A DNA stretch of 27,140 nt from positions 1-27,140 of IMG/VR virus record IMGVR_UViG_3300020045_003074. One strand, written 5' to 3'. The DNA comes from a virus. Lineage: Duplodnaviria > Caudoviricetes. The notes under the pieces are model-generated. The model ran no database searches. It saw only the letters and a program-made list of their open reading frames with translations, and was not told the DNA's origin. Numbering within the stretch: position 1 is the stretch's first letter; every line of letters starts with the position of its first letter. Positions 6,838-16,408 of this stretch are shown here, one piece after another. The position numbers were made by a program, and so were the translations under genes.

Positions 6838-7904
6838 TACTTAATTACCTCTATGTCCGTAGCGCTTGAAACAATATCCCAGCCGTTAGAATCGTAGCCA
6901 GTGATTACGCGTTTTTTAAGAGTGTGAACACCTTCGCTTAATCCGGCCAAGCTTAATTTGGCAGATATGTTCCCGTTCCATGAAGTCCACTGTAAATTCT
7001 CGCGGAATGTACATGTCTCAGAGGACGCTGTGTCACATAGATCTATCCGCTCATCACCGATAATAATCGTAGAACTATCAGTGAATAACTCGATTAGATC
7101 CGGCTTTGTGCCTTCGTCGGCTGTCACGCCAAAATTTCCATAATATTCTTGATGCAATAGATGATTAAATCGCTGCGAATCCGAATACACCATGGTGTTT
7201 TTTACATCACGCAGTATTGTATTAATATTACCGCGCCTGCCCCTAACAATTATCCTACCGTCTGCGACACCTTGTGTTCCGGTGAACACAATAATCTCAG
7301 CCATATGCCAAGTATTATCGCAAGTGGTTGTGCTCTGAGCAGCACCATAAATACTAAAACCGCCGTCACACGCATTGAACAGTCTGTTCTCATCAACGTA
7401 CTGACCACCAGCGTAACTATTTACATGATATTTGATTTCAGGATGCTGACCGTCAAGAATAGTATCGGTGTAGTTAAGTCGACCAAGTTTTCGCTGAAAA
7501 TAATAAGGATAAGGATTTCCTGCCAATCTTAAATTCGACTTCTGACAAAATGACCAATACACCCAAGTATTTTCAGGGATAGCTGTTGGTAAGTGATGTT
7601 TTACAATGCTGTCGTAATGATCATTATCCTGAGTGGTTCGTAATACTTTGCCACGTTCAGAATCATTTACGACAGTTGGAAGATACCCCAAAGGTTCATC
7701 AAAAACATAGTTGCTAGCATTAGCTGGCGTTGTCCCGACTGTCGCAGATTCAATAATCGGCTTAGAAAATGCTTTGTAATTAGTGTTCGTACCAAATGAT
7801 CCGGTAAAAGTTACCGTATCACCGTGATAGTAAGCATCGCTAACAATTCCCTTTAGTTTTCCGTCAGCAGGATCTCGAGTAGCGGAAATTGGTATATTTG
7901 TCAT
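6837..7904 (-). CDS. 355 aa putative carbohydrate-active beta-jelly-roll protein (polysaccharide-lyase/ConA-like)
   Basis: Aromatic-rich. NTWHMAEI...GT.GVADG pattern resembles polysaccharide-lyase-like folds. Function is inferred. Confidence 0.6.
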   Translation of the reverse strand: MTNIPISATRDPADGKLKGIVSDAYYHGDTVTFTGSFGTNTNYKAFSKPIIESATVGTTPANASNYVFDEPLGYLPTVVNDSERGKVLRTTQDNDHYDSIVKHHLPTAIPENTWVYWSFCQKSNLRLAGNPYPYYFQRKLGRLNYTDTILDGQHPEIKYHVNSYAGGQYVDENRLFNACDGGFSIYGAAQSTTTCDNTWHMAEIIVFTGTQGVADGRIIVRGRRGNINTILRDVKNTMVYSDSQRFNHLLHQEYYGNFGVTADEGTKPDLIELFTDSSTIIIGDERIDLCDTASSETCTFRENLQWTSWNGNISAKLSLAGLSEGVHTLKKRVITGYDSNGWDIVSSATDIEVIK

Positions 7905-8365
7905 TGTTTACCGTCCTGCAAATTATGTGATGAGACTGTGCGCGCATAGGCTAGGCACAATGCGTGATTAGATTCTAATTCTGCGAGTCTGATTTCAAAG
8001 TCGGTAGCAGCTCGTTGAATGCCGGGATCAAGCTCGGCGTATCCTTCTGCAATTCCACCGGAAGCTTCGGCCTGGGGCAGCTTGCAGGCTGATTTGACGC
8101 GCACGACACGCTTACAAGCGCCAGAAGCAATACAGTCATCACGTTTTTTAATCTCATCTTTTGCGGCCTCTAGTTGTGTATTTGCGGCAATGCGCGCTTG
8201 CTCGGTTTCGTTTGCGACTCGCTCAATTTCAGCGGCTTTTTGTTCGTGCGCCTTGATAGCGATTTCTTGCAATTCTACTTTTTCTTTTAAGTGATCGTAG
8301 TGCATCGCAAACGCAATAAACGCAACGAGTACAGCGGCAATGGCGGCAAATTTAATATTTATCAT
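7901..8365 (-). CDS. Rz: i-spanin (Rz-like)
   Basis: N-terminal TM helix, coiled coil, RVVRVKSAC and terminal L..Y motif. Follows the endolysin. Confidence 0.85.
   Translation of the reverse strand: MINIKFAAIAAVLVAFIAFAMHYDHLKEKVELQEIAIKAHEQKAAEIERVANETEQARIAANTQLEAAKDEIKKRDDCIASGACKRVVRVKSACKLPQAEASGGIAEGYAELDPGIQRAATDFEIRLAELESNHALCLAYARTVSSHNLQDGKQ
7975..8157 (-). CDS. Rz1: o-spanin lipoprotein (Rz1-like), embedded in Rz
   Basis: Signal peptide with lipobox-like ALVSVS-C, Pro-rich mature part, fully nested in another frame of Rz. Confidence 0.8.
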   Translation of the reverse strand: MRLKNVMTVLLLALVSVSCASNQPASCPRPKLPVELQKDTPSLIPAFNELLPTLKSDSQN

Positions 8366-8886
8366 GCCAGCGCCTCATATGCTTTTTGTAGTTGAACATT
8401 GTACGGAACAATGCCCAATCTATGAGCCTGTGCTGCGTATCCTGATCCGTTGTAAATGTAGGCCATCATATGCCAGTCTTTTTCCTGAAACGCCTTGAGC
8501 AAGCGCGCATCAGTCATGATGAATTTTTCTAGCGCTTTGATTTGGTTCTCTTCTGAGACTTTGAAGTCGTCCCACATTGCGCCCACATTGGCATAGCCTA
8601 ATCGCTTCCAATGAAATCCCATTATCTGAGGCAAGCCGATTGATGTAGCTTTCATCGCGGCTTCACGATCTATCGCAAATGCTGCGTTAAATGCTTCCCA
8701 TTCTTTAGCTTGGCGTTCAACACCATTAACCGACCATGCACCACTAGGCGCAAAGTTAGCCATTTTTTTAAACCATGCAGGTTCAAATTGGATGAGTATT
8801 TTTCCGGTCTTTGAGTCAAAGCTTTTGCCGCCAGACTCAACTTTAATAAATGCTTGTAATAGTCTTGGCTCAATTGCTGCTGTCAT
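8362..8886 (-). CDS. Endolysin, N-acetylmuramidase (DUF3380 family)
   Basis: VESGG..F, ILIQFEP.WF, ATSIGLPQIMGF, YNG.GY motifs. Confidence 0.92.
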   Translation of the reverse strand: MTAAIEPRLLQAFIKVESGGKSFDSKTGKILIQFEPAWFKKMANFAPSGAWSVNGVERQAKEWEAFNAAFAIDREAAMKATSIGLPQIMGFHWKRLGYANVGAMWDDFKVSEENQIKALEKFIMTDARLLKAFQEKDWHMMAYIYNGSGYAAQAHRLGIVPYNVQLQKAYEALA

Positions 8887-9070
8887 TGCTCGACCCCTTT
8901 ATTTTTTGGTAAGTATTCCCGCCAATGTAAGCGCCTACAGTGCCAAGCTCAACCATTGCGTAGGTTGATCCATCTATTTTACCAAACCAAGCCAATAGAG
9001 CCGTTGCGCATCCACAACCGAGAGTAATTAGAAATCTCCTGCCGCCCCATTGGATTAGAAAATCATTCAT
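8870..9070 (-). CDS. Small two-TM membrane protein, holin-like
   Basis: GGRRFLITL...GKIDG..Y.......GAYIGGN. Directly upstream of the endolysin. Confidence 0.7.
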   Translation of the reverse strand: MNDFLIQWGGRRFLITLGCGCATALLAWFGKIDGSTYAMVELGTVGAYIGGNTYQKIKGSSNDSSN

Positions 9071-9309
9071 TTTCTAAACTTCTCGAATAAATATTTAATG
9101 AGCCTAAAAACGCCGATCTTTTCAAGTATTAAAAGACTGATCCAAACGCACCCGATTATTTGCATCCAACTCGCCCACGGAAAAATCCAGCCGTGCTGTG
9201 TAATATCAATCAAGCCACCCTTTGTTGCCTCGGCCGAAACAACCAGCCCACCAGCTCCAACGCCAGACACCACTTTATTTTTTAGAATCTCTATAAAGTC
9301 TGATAGCAT
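9067..9309 (-). CDS. Small membrane protein, holin/antiholin candidate
   Basis: Hydrophobic segments, basic C-terminus, located in the lysis cassette. Confidence 0.6.
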   Translation of the reverse strand: MLSDFIEILKNKVVSGVGAGGLVVSAEATKGGLIDITQHGWIFPWASWMQIIGCVWISLLILEKIGVFRLIKYLFEKFRK

Positions 9310-9752
9310 TAAAAATTCCCTTTAATGTGATGTGTATCGTGGCCGACACGCTGAGCAGGATATACACGCACAATAGCCAGAAATGCGCGTCCGACAATGT
9401 TTGATATGGCATCCCTGAGCGTCCTATAGATTGGTGTTTGAGTTGCTAGAAAGAGTAGCTCAATTCCAAACGCTAACAGCATAAAATCATCATGGAGAAT
9501 GTAAAAAATATCTTGCTGATTGTCCCAATTCACAATTATCTGCGCCTGCCATATCACGCAGGCCGACTCTACGCACTGAATGACTGCAGACCACATCGCC
9601 CGACTCAATAGCGCACATACGATAACTAGAGCGGTACTAGCAGCAATACTAGCTACATGAACATAAAACGGATCGGGCACTAGCAAATGCCACGGCATTG
9701 CATAAAATAAAACGCACAAAAAAGCCGCAACTAGCGCGGCATTCTTTTTCAT
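9309..9752 (-). CDS. Multi-pass membrane protein, 147 aa
   Basis: About four hydrophobic segments. Coupled to both neighbours. Confidence 0.7.
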   Translation of the reverse strand: MKKNAALVAAFLCVLFYAMPWHLLVPDPFYVHVASIAASTALVIVCALLSRAMWSAVIQCVESACVIWQAQIIVNWDNQQDIFYILHDDFMLLAFGIELLFLATQTPIYRTLRDAISNIVGRAFLAIVRVYPAQRVGHDTHHIKGNF

Positions 9753-9805
9753 TTGCGTACTCTCACTTTTGAGCCGCTTTTGTTTCCTGATTTACGTGTT
9801 GCCAT
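9749..9805 (-). CDS. 18 aa basic micropeptide MATRKSGNKSGSKVRVRK
   Basis: Perfect AGGAGG RBS. Its TGA overlaps the ATG of the next gene (ATGA). Confidence 0.6.
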   Translation of the reverse strand: MATRKSGNKSGSKVRVRK

Positions 9806-9832
9806 GATAGCCTCCTGTTTTTAGGTTAGATC

Positions 9833-9861
9833 ATTATACACAAGTATTTTTTGATAGCGAA
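9833..9861 (-). promoter_or_regulatory. Possible promoter for the lysis cassette
   Basis: Consensus TATAAT (9833-9838) with a weak -35 (TTCGCT) 17 bp upstream. Confidence 0.45.
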
Positions 9862-9926
9862 CCGAGTGCCTGCGTATAGCGTTAGACGCTAGTGGCCAGC
9901 CAATAAAAACGCCGTTGTATTTCATT

Positions 9927-10064
9927 TTATTTGCGATCTTCTGCGCGATAAGTGCAGCCAGTTCGCAAAATTAAATCGTTAGTATTTGCTGTGGTAGTAT
10001 TTGAGCTAACAATATTAGCTGCATGAATCGGCAAACCTTTTTCGTCAATTATAAAATTAATCAT
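9927..10064 (-). CDS. 45 aa hypothetical protein downstream of the tailspike
   Basis: GGAG RBS. Translation MINFIIDEKGLPIHAANIVSSNTTTANTNDLILRTGCTYRAEDRK. Confidence 0.45.
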   Translation of the reverse strand: MINFIIDEKGLPIHAANIVSSNTTTANTNDLILRTGCTYRAEDRK

Positions 10065-10079
10065 AAAAACTCCAATAAA

Positions 10080-12146
10080 TTAAAGATCATTAACTTCGAT
10101 GCTCGTGTAAGCAGTATTGTTTGATGTGTTTGTGCCCACATCGTAAAGCAAAACCCTAAAGCTAGATGACGTGCGCGAATCGACAACATACGACTTATCA
10201 GAGGTAACGCTAATCCCGTACCTGTCATCTTTTCGTGTAGTCGCTAAATTTACTGTCACGTTGCCCGTAGAGTTGCCCGTAAAGGTTAGACCATTTGTAC
10301 CCGAAAAAGTAGTGACGGATGCGCCAGAACTAGAAAAAGCACCAGACGCCACGGTCTTGCGGCTGTAATTACTTGTAGCTCCAACAATATTTGGCCTAGA
10401 CGCTCCAACAATATTTGGCCGCTCAATTTTATTGTTGTTCGCCCCAGCTCTTTCGTAGATTGTGTTTTGCGCAAAAGAGGCGCTCGATTGATTTATTTTA
10501 ATGTCTGAAAAAGTGTTTCCAGTGCATCCGCTATCGACATCTATTAGGACGTGGCCTGCTGATTGGCGACCGCAATCTATAATTTCTTCGTCATCAAATC
10601 GGCCATCTGTCACCGCGGTTAAATAAAGAGCACCGCCAAGCAAGTTGTAATATTTGTTTTTATACACCGCTGGACGACGGCAATCATTCATTTTTACGGC
10701 TTGCGTATCGGTAAGAGTTTGCCCAAGCCCAGTATTTACTCTGTTTTCTGATACTGTGGCGTCATCTACGCCAGTAAAATCGACTAAATTACCAGTCCAC
10801 ACAGCCCCACCAGCGGCGGGGGTTACGTGGTTTTTGCCCACTGAAATCGAATATACGTTTCTTGCTGAGGCGTGTTTTCTACCACGAATAGGAATATTCA
10901 TTCCCGAAAATTCATTGTCAAATATTCTCACGTCCCTGATTATATCGGTGTCTGTTGTGCCATCAACATCAACACCGATGCATCCTGTATTGCCCTCACC
11001 ATTGAAAATATTTGTGTGGATGGAGCAGTTTCCGGCAAGCTTTGCAATTCTCACGCACTTTCCGTTAGCCGTTGGGAAAAAGTCATTATGAACAATGCGA
11101 CTGTCACCACCACCAAGCAATAGGTCGACGCCAATATTGGTGGAAAACATGCACTCTTCGATATTTGCCACACCATAGCCAATATATTTAATGCCCGCCG
11201 CCGTTGCTGTGCCGTTGTATGCTCTAACCTTATAAAAAGTATTGTGCATACAGTAATCGCTAAGGATACCTACCGAGGCAACCCCACCCAAATCAAATGC
11301 AATATCTTTAACAGTAGTATAAAAAGGAGCAATTGCGCTTAGCGATGCGTTGTACTGCAAGCACAGCATGTGATCCATTGATAAAACGGCAACGCTAGGC
11401 TTAATAATGCAATTGCCTGCACCCCTAATCACTGACTGCACGTGATCCGCGTAATGGATCGCCGACCCTGACCCAACTGCCGCAAGTGCTCTCTGTGGAC
11501 GGTAATAACATGGGACGCTTATTTGTATCTCGCCAATACAGCACAGATCAACGCCTTGACCTAGCCCAATGTAATCAAGCGCTTTTTGCAAATTCTGGCC
11601 GAACTGTTTAGTGTTTACCTCGCCATTTACCGGCTGCAATTTCCACCGCCCACCGTCAGCCGACACAATCACGCCGCCGCCATCGTCGGGGCTTGATACA
11701 TCTGCAACATCTAGCCAGTATGACGCCGCGCCGCCATCGCCTGCGGTGTAGTAGCCTGCAGTGCGAGCGGTTTTATTAACTTTAGAAACCTTCCTTAGCT
11801 CTACAATATTTTCAGGCTGCGCGGAATGCACAACATACTGATTTGTCGCTGTTGTTCCGTTATCAAGCGCAATGTCACCTGAGCCAGCCGCTAAGCTAGT
11901 AATCTTGTAAAGATCATAGCCAGTCTCTTCAACTTGCACATAAACAGGAAAATCAGGGTCAGCAACAAGATTGGCAGCTTGCAAAAGCTCAATAGTTGGG
12001 TAGATAAAGATTTGCGTTTCATCTTTAATCTGCTTAAAAAAATCAGCCTTTGATATTTTCTTGTTCGTAGCCTGGCCAAATGCTGGCACGTAGTCAGAAG
12101 ATAATAGCGTGCTTGTTTGCGTGAATTGGCTTTGCTTTCTGTCCAT
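10080..12146 (-). CDS. Tailspike / depolymerase with right-handed beta-helix
   Basis: TAGYYTAGDGGAA.Y...DDGG.VI....GGRW motif followed by pectate-lyase-like beta-helix repeats. Confidence 0.88.
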   Translation of the reverse strand: MDRKQSQFTQTSTLLSSDYVPAFGQATNKKISKADFFKQIKDETQIFIYPTIELLQAANLVADPDFPVYVQVEETGYDLYKITSLAAGSGDIALDNGTTATNQYVVHSAQPENIVELRKVSKVNKTARTAGYYTAGDGGAASYWLDVADVSSPDDGGGVIVSADGGRWKLQPVNGEVNTKQFGQNLQKALDYIGLGQGVDLCCIGEIQISVPCYYRPQRALAAVGSGSAIHYADHVQSVIRGAGNCIIKPSVAVLSMDHMLCLQYNASLSAIAPFYTTVKDIAFDLGGVASVGILSDYCMHNTFYKVRAYNGTATAAGIKYIGYGVANIEECMFSTNIGVDLLLGGGDSRIVHNDFFPTANGKCVRIAKLAGNCSIHTNIFNGEGNTGCIGVDVDGTTDTDIIRDVRIFDNEFSGMNIPIRGRKHASARNVYSISVGKNHVTPAAGGAVWTGNLVDFTGVDDATVSENRVNTGLGQTLTDTQAVKMNDCRRPAVYKNKYYNLLGGALYLTAVTDGRFDDEEIIDCGRQSAGHVLIDVDSGCTGNTFSDIKINQSSASFAQNTIYERAGANNNKIERPNIVGASRPNIVGATSNYSRKTVASGAFSSSGASVTTFSGTNGLTFTGNSTGNVTVNLATTRKDDRYGISVTSDKSYVVDSRTSSSFRVLLYDVGTNTSNNTAYTSIEVNDL

Positions 12147-12160
12147 TATTTATATCTCAA

Positions 12161-13318
12161 TTAGATTAATCTTGTCGCAACAATAAGCCCGCGAAGTATT
12201 GATGTTGCCAATGGATCACTTACTTTTTGCGCCCACTCAATATAAACGTCTTGCGTGCTTGCTGTTATTGTCACCATTCCACCAAACTCAATAACCTGCT
12301 CTCTGGCAGCAGCAGCTGGATCAGTTGATATGCCATTTATGCTTACTCCATATTCAGTGGCAGAAGTTGGAGCTACTGAAGCGGTTGTTTCCTGCAAAGT
12401 TGATAAATAGCTCCCAGCTACAAATGTTCCGGTCGTATTAATTCTTAATTTTATACCGGCTGTCTTGCTTACTCCATTTGGCTGCCAAACAATCATGCCT
12501 TTAATCTGATAAGTACCCTCCTGCAAATCAGTAATTTCAAGCCCAGCATCTTTTTCAAATGTTGTTGATGATGCAATATCTTTTCCCGTGCTATATTTTG
12601 TTCTTGATGTGCCAACGCCAAGATACAAATCTGTTTCTACCGAAGCAGCCGAAAACGCTCCTACAACATCCGCATCGCCAGTTACATCAAGATCACCGTC
12701 AACAGAAAAATTTCCGTCTATAGAGTTATTAAAAGTAATATTTGCCCATTTTGAGCTAGGCGGCGTGTCTTCGTTATCATCTTCTAGAGAACGATAAATA
12801 AATCCACCGTCAACAACAATATCATTTTCATTGTATGTTTTATTTGTGTTGAAACCTGTGAGAAAGTAAACCATCTCCCACTTTGTTAATGTGGTAGAAG
12901 GCTGCTCGCCCTTGCTTGTTGGAGCACCAAAAAGCTTGTAATAGTTGCCGTCTGCAGGGTCTTTTGCAAACTCGCCAACCTCATAAGTTTCGGCAGCATT
13001 CCATAACTCCCACTGTCCGGTTAATTCTGACAATGAAACATCATCGCGAGTCCACTGTAACGCACCGTCAGAGCTTGTGTTTTCAGGATTAGCAGCGTAG
13101 AACTTAACCGAGTAAAGCCCCTCGCCAAAGCAGGCAGGCACACGGCCTTGCCCGTCTAAAATCAATGGGTTTGTATTGGGCACGGTATTATCAGACTTTG
13201 AATAGGTAGCCTTTAACGCCGCGTAGTTTTTGTTTTCGTAGAAATACATTCTGCCAGATGATGCAATGGCGCCATCGTCTAAAAAGAACTGAGGTACTGG
13301 GTTTGTGAAACGACTCAT
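12161..13318 (-). CDS. Tail fibre/tailspike adaptor with P22-like particle-binding N-terminus and two CBM5/12-like repeats
   Basis: QFF...G....SG..YFYE.......TY.......NTNP.ILD..GR N-terminus. WNAAETYEVGE and FNTNKTYNENDIV...G.IY repeats. Confidence 0.75.
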   Translation of the reverse strand: MSRFTNPVPQFFLDDGAIASSGRMYFYENKNYAALKATYSKSDNTVPNTNPLILDGQGRVPACFGEGLYSVKFYAANPENTSSDGALQWTRDDVSLSELTGQWELWNAAETYEVGEFAKDPADGNYYKLFGAPTSKGEQPSTTLTKWEMVYFLTGFNTNKTYNENDIVVDGGFIYRSLEDDNEDTPPSSKWANITFNNSIDGNFSVDGDLDVTGDADVVGAFSAASVETDLYLGVGTSRTKYSTGKDIASSTTFEKDAGLEITDLQEGTYQIKGMIVWQPNGVSKTAGIKLRINTTGTFVAGSYLSTLQETTASVAPTSATEYGVSINGISTDPAAAAREQVIEFGGMVTITASTQDVYIEWAQKVSDPLATSILRGLIVATRLI

Positions 13319-15195
13319 TTATTGGCTTCCTCTAATTTCTTTATCTGTTTGTCATTGCTTTGGCGGCTGCTTTCTTGAAATTTCTTTGCTCTCTGACGGG
13401 CCAACAGCTCGCTCATTGACTGATATTTTCTTTCATTATTTACCCCCTTAGCCTTCTGAATAATTGCAGATCCAACATTTAGCGCTGTTTCTTTTTTTGA
13501 CTGCATAACGCCTTTTGCAACCTCAGACGCCAATGAAGTATCCGCCGCAATTCCAAACTGTTTATCCAAAGTATCGGCAAACTTAACCAGTGCAGGAATA
13601 TTCCCAGCCCCTTCTGCTCCGTACCGTGAAGCAACATCGTTTATATTTAATGCCGCCTCTCGTACTCGCTCAGCACTTTGAGCATTGCTTAGCATTCTTC
13701 GTGATAGCTTGCCAATTGCCTGAGGCGCATAGTCTTTGCGTAAATCAATTTTCTTGCCAACTAGCTCTTGCATCGCATCAATTGCGGTTTTTGTGTCAGC
13801 GTAAACAGTATTAGCTTGGTTGTAGGCTGGGAAATTATCATCAAGCAATGTATCAAGATCATGTCTAAGATTTTTTACTATTCTATCTGTATTACCTTTC
13901 AGTCCGCCCATTTGTGAGCCGTAGCTAGCCTGTGTATCAATATAACCTTTTAGTCTGTGAACATCGTAAGCACTTGGGGCTTTTGTGTTGTACATTCTAT
14001 TTACAAGATTTTTAACTACACCCTGCGCAGATCTTATTTCAGGGGTATTCCCCTCAAGATATGACCCTCTAAAATCAACCGTTACGCCTTCTTTGCTTGG
14101 CGATATATTCACCCCCAAGTCATCAGATATAGAGGTTATAAATCTGTCGACCGCAGGAGCAACATCTACCTTTTCATTCTTCAAGGCTTTTGCTGCTTCA
14201 TTTATTGCGGCTCCAGAATCTCTGTTAATTTTTCGAATGTAGTCTAGCTGTGTCGCTATCTCATCGCCAAGCTCTGAAATTGGTCTGTTGCTTGCTTTGA
14301 ATGTGTCGTCTTTTGTCCCTCTGTTGGCAACCTCTAGCATGCGCCTTGCTATTGTTGCAGACTTCGGGTCTAAGTTTTTTACGGCCTGAACCGTTCCTGC
14401 CTCCCACTCTTGGCCAATAGCTTTTTTAGCAATTGCGTCATCAATAACAGAGTAGGCTTGCGGCAAAAGGTTGCCGCGCGCGTCTTTTAGATTTGGGTTT
14501 GAAATTTTTAATTCATAAGGTGCTAGGCTGTTTTCAGTGCTTCCTTGCCTGATTTTATTAATAATATCTAGGCTTTTTGCTGATTTATTTGGCGCAAGAA
14601 TAGCCGCCTCATTTCTAACTGCTGATTCTGCCGATTGTATAGCGGGCTTAGATACCGCCGCGGCTCTTGGTGCGCCTACCGCTAAAGTAGGATCAAGCGC
14701 GCCTAGCGTTTCGCCAGTTTTTTGCATGTACTCTTGACCTGTTTGAGTAACAGGCATAAATGGTTTTGCTGCTGCTTGCGAGTATTCAATAGCGTAATCT
14801 TCGGCTGATTTTCCATTGTTAAAATCACGGCCGGTTAACCCGCCAAGAGCCTCGCCGCCAATGCCTCTTATGCTACCAGTAATATGGCCAGCAATAGCAG
14901 GCACAGCGCTAAGAAGAAGACCCGCCCCCGTTTCGCCAACACCGATTGCTTTATCCATAAAAGATGGCTGCTGCACATTTGCATATTGCGCCTGCTGTGC
15001 GGCCTGCTGCTGCTCATAGCCCTGCATGCCTTGGACTAAAGGCACATCTACAGAAGCTTCGCTATTTATTGGTGCTATTTCGGCTTGATCATATTGACCG
15101 CCGCGAATCATTTCAGCAAAACGCTTTGCCGAAGATGTATCGCCAGCCCTGTCAGCGTTTCTCAGAGCTTCCATCAATCGTTCTTTTGTGGCCAT
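13315..15195 (-). CDS. DNA ejection protein (P22 gp16 position)
   Basis: Large Ala-rich helical protein with an ALRNADRAGD..A N-terminus, third of three genes before the tail genes. Call is by synteny. Confidence 0.7.
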   Translation of the reverse strand: MATKERLMEALRNADRAGDTSSAKRFAEMIRGGQYDQAEIAPINSEASVDVPLVQGMQGYEQQQAAQQAQYANVQQPSFMDKAIGVGETGAGLLLSAVPAIAGHITGSIRGIGGEALGGLTGRDFNNGKSAEDYAIEYSQAAAKPFMPVTQTGQEYMQKTGETLGALDPTLAVGAPRAAAVSKPAIQSAESAVRNEAAILAPNKSAKSLDIINKIRQGSTENSLAPYELKISNPNLKDARGNLLPQAYSVIDDAIAKKAIGQEWEAGTVQAVKNLDPKSATIARRMLEVANRGTKDDTFKASNRPISELGDEIATQLDYIRKINRDSGAAINEAAKALKNEKVDVAPAVDRFITSISDDLGVNISPSKEGVTVDFRGSYLEGNTPEIRSAQGVVKNLVNRMYNTKAPSAYDVHRLKGYIDTQASYGSQMGGLKGNTDRIVKNLRHDLDTLLDDNFPAYNQANTVYADTKTAIDAMQELVGKKIDLRKDYAPQAIGKLSRRMLSNAQSAERVREAALNINDVASRYGAEGAGNIPALVKFADTLDKQFGIAADTSLASEVAKGVMQSKKETALNVGSAIIQKAKGVNNERKYQSMSELLARQRAKKFQESSRQSNDKQIKKLEEANK

Positions 15196-16397
15196 TAGTA
15201 TTTACCCAAAAGCTCTTCATCGGTTAATTCTTTGCCGTGGCTAGTATCGCCATGCATGTGCTTTCTAACTTGTTTTGGCGAATCAAGAGCGGCTTGTGTT
15301 TCTACTAGCATTTGATTAACTACAGCATTGTAAGCTTCTTGGCCTTGCGCATCATAAAGCATACGGTTAGCTTCTTGACGGTTACCTTCAGTCATTACGC
15401 CGCCGCCCACGGCGCTTGCATAAGCATTAACAAGGGATTGCGTTGCAGCGTGCAAGGCCGCCAATTTTGGGTCGGACAATTGCTTGCTTGTGTATTGAGA
15501 TAACTTGTTCCAAGGCACAAAGCTTTCTCTTGGGACTTCTTTAGATGCTTTAAGTGCAATATCAGCGAACAGATTCGCTTCTTGAACCCTAGACGCAATC
15601 TTCCCTTCCCGCGCCCCAAGCTCGAGAAATGTGCGATTGTCAGCATATACATTCTGCGTGTTCTGAAGAAGTTTTGTCGCGTCAATTCCTTTCTCTTTAG
15701 CTTTTACTGCAAGCCTATTTTGTACAGATCTAAGGTCAGCAGCACCTTGCGCACCACGACCAAAGTTTGCAAGAACTACCTTTGAAGGCTCGCCGTTCAG
15801 CAATCGGTCTGCCGCCAACTCGATAGCTTCAGGGCTTAGCCCGTTTGAGTCAGTTATCATCCCAAGCTTACGTCCAGCAGCTTCTTTTGCTGGGCCTTCT
15901 GGCATTTTGTTGTAGTATTCAATTTCTCGAATATTTGCCGATGAATTATCTCCCTCACCTTGAGGTCGAGACTTTCTCCAATTAAGCTCATCACGCTTCA
16001 AATCAATTTCAGCCTGATCTTTTGCGGTAATCACATCTTTAGGTATGGCACCGCCAGTCTGCGCAATCAGCGCATCAAGTGATTGGTCATCGAGCTGAAC
16101 GCTATTGATTTGTGCAGGGTCAATACCTACCGATTTAAGCATGTCTTGATTCAATGAATTTACAAAACCATATCGTTGGTCATTTGGTAGCTCTTTAACC
16201 TTTAGAGCAAGGCGATTAATAACTTTTAGGCGCTCTACCCCTTGCTCATAATCAGCGCGTGAAATCTGCTGCTGATTTTGCTGCATAGCTTGATCGTTAA
16301 GCTGCTTTGTTTGATACGCCTGTTGGCCTCCAGCAAGCGCGCCAGCTAAATCGACTTGTTGAGATTGGCCAGATAGTGGTGATAATGCCGAAACCAT
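15195..16397 (-). CDS. DNA ejection protein (P22 gp20 position)
   Basis: Gln-rich N-terminus, helical. Call is by synteny. Confidence 0.65.
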   Translation of the reverse strand: MVSALSPLSGQSQQVDLAGALAGGQQAYQTKQLNDQAMQQNQQQISRADYEQGVERLKVINRLALKVKELPNDQRYGFVNSLNQDMLKSVGIDPAQINSVQLDDQSLDALIAQTGGAIPKDVITAKDQAEIDLKRDELNWRKSRPQGEGDNSSANIREIEYYNKMPEGPAKEAAGRKLGMITDSNGLSPEAIELAADRLLNGEPSKVVLANFGRGAQGAADLRSVQNRLAVKAKEKGIDATKLLQNTQNVYADNRTFLELGAREGKIASRVQEANLFADIALKASKEVPRESFVPWNKLSQYTSKQLSDPKLAALHAATQSLVNAYASAVGGGVMTEGNRQEANRMLYDAQGQEAYNAVVNQMLVETQAALDSPKQVRKHMHGDTSHGKELTDEELLGKY

Positions 16398-16408
16398 ATA
16401 AACCTCAA

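Noticed and set aside
9821-9925. 34 aa minus-strand ORF MKYNGVFIGW..., or a frameshifted continuation of 9927-10064
   Set aside because: No clear RBS, overlaps the putative lysis promoter, and nothing supports a frameshift.
10080-13318. Diversity-generating retroelement acting on tail genes
   Set aside because: No reverse transcriptase and no template/variable repeat pair noticed.
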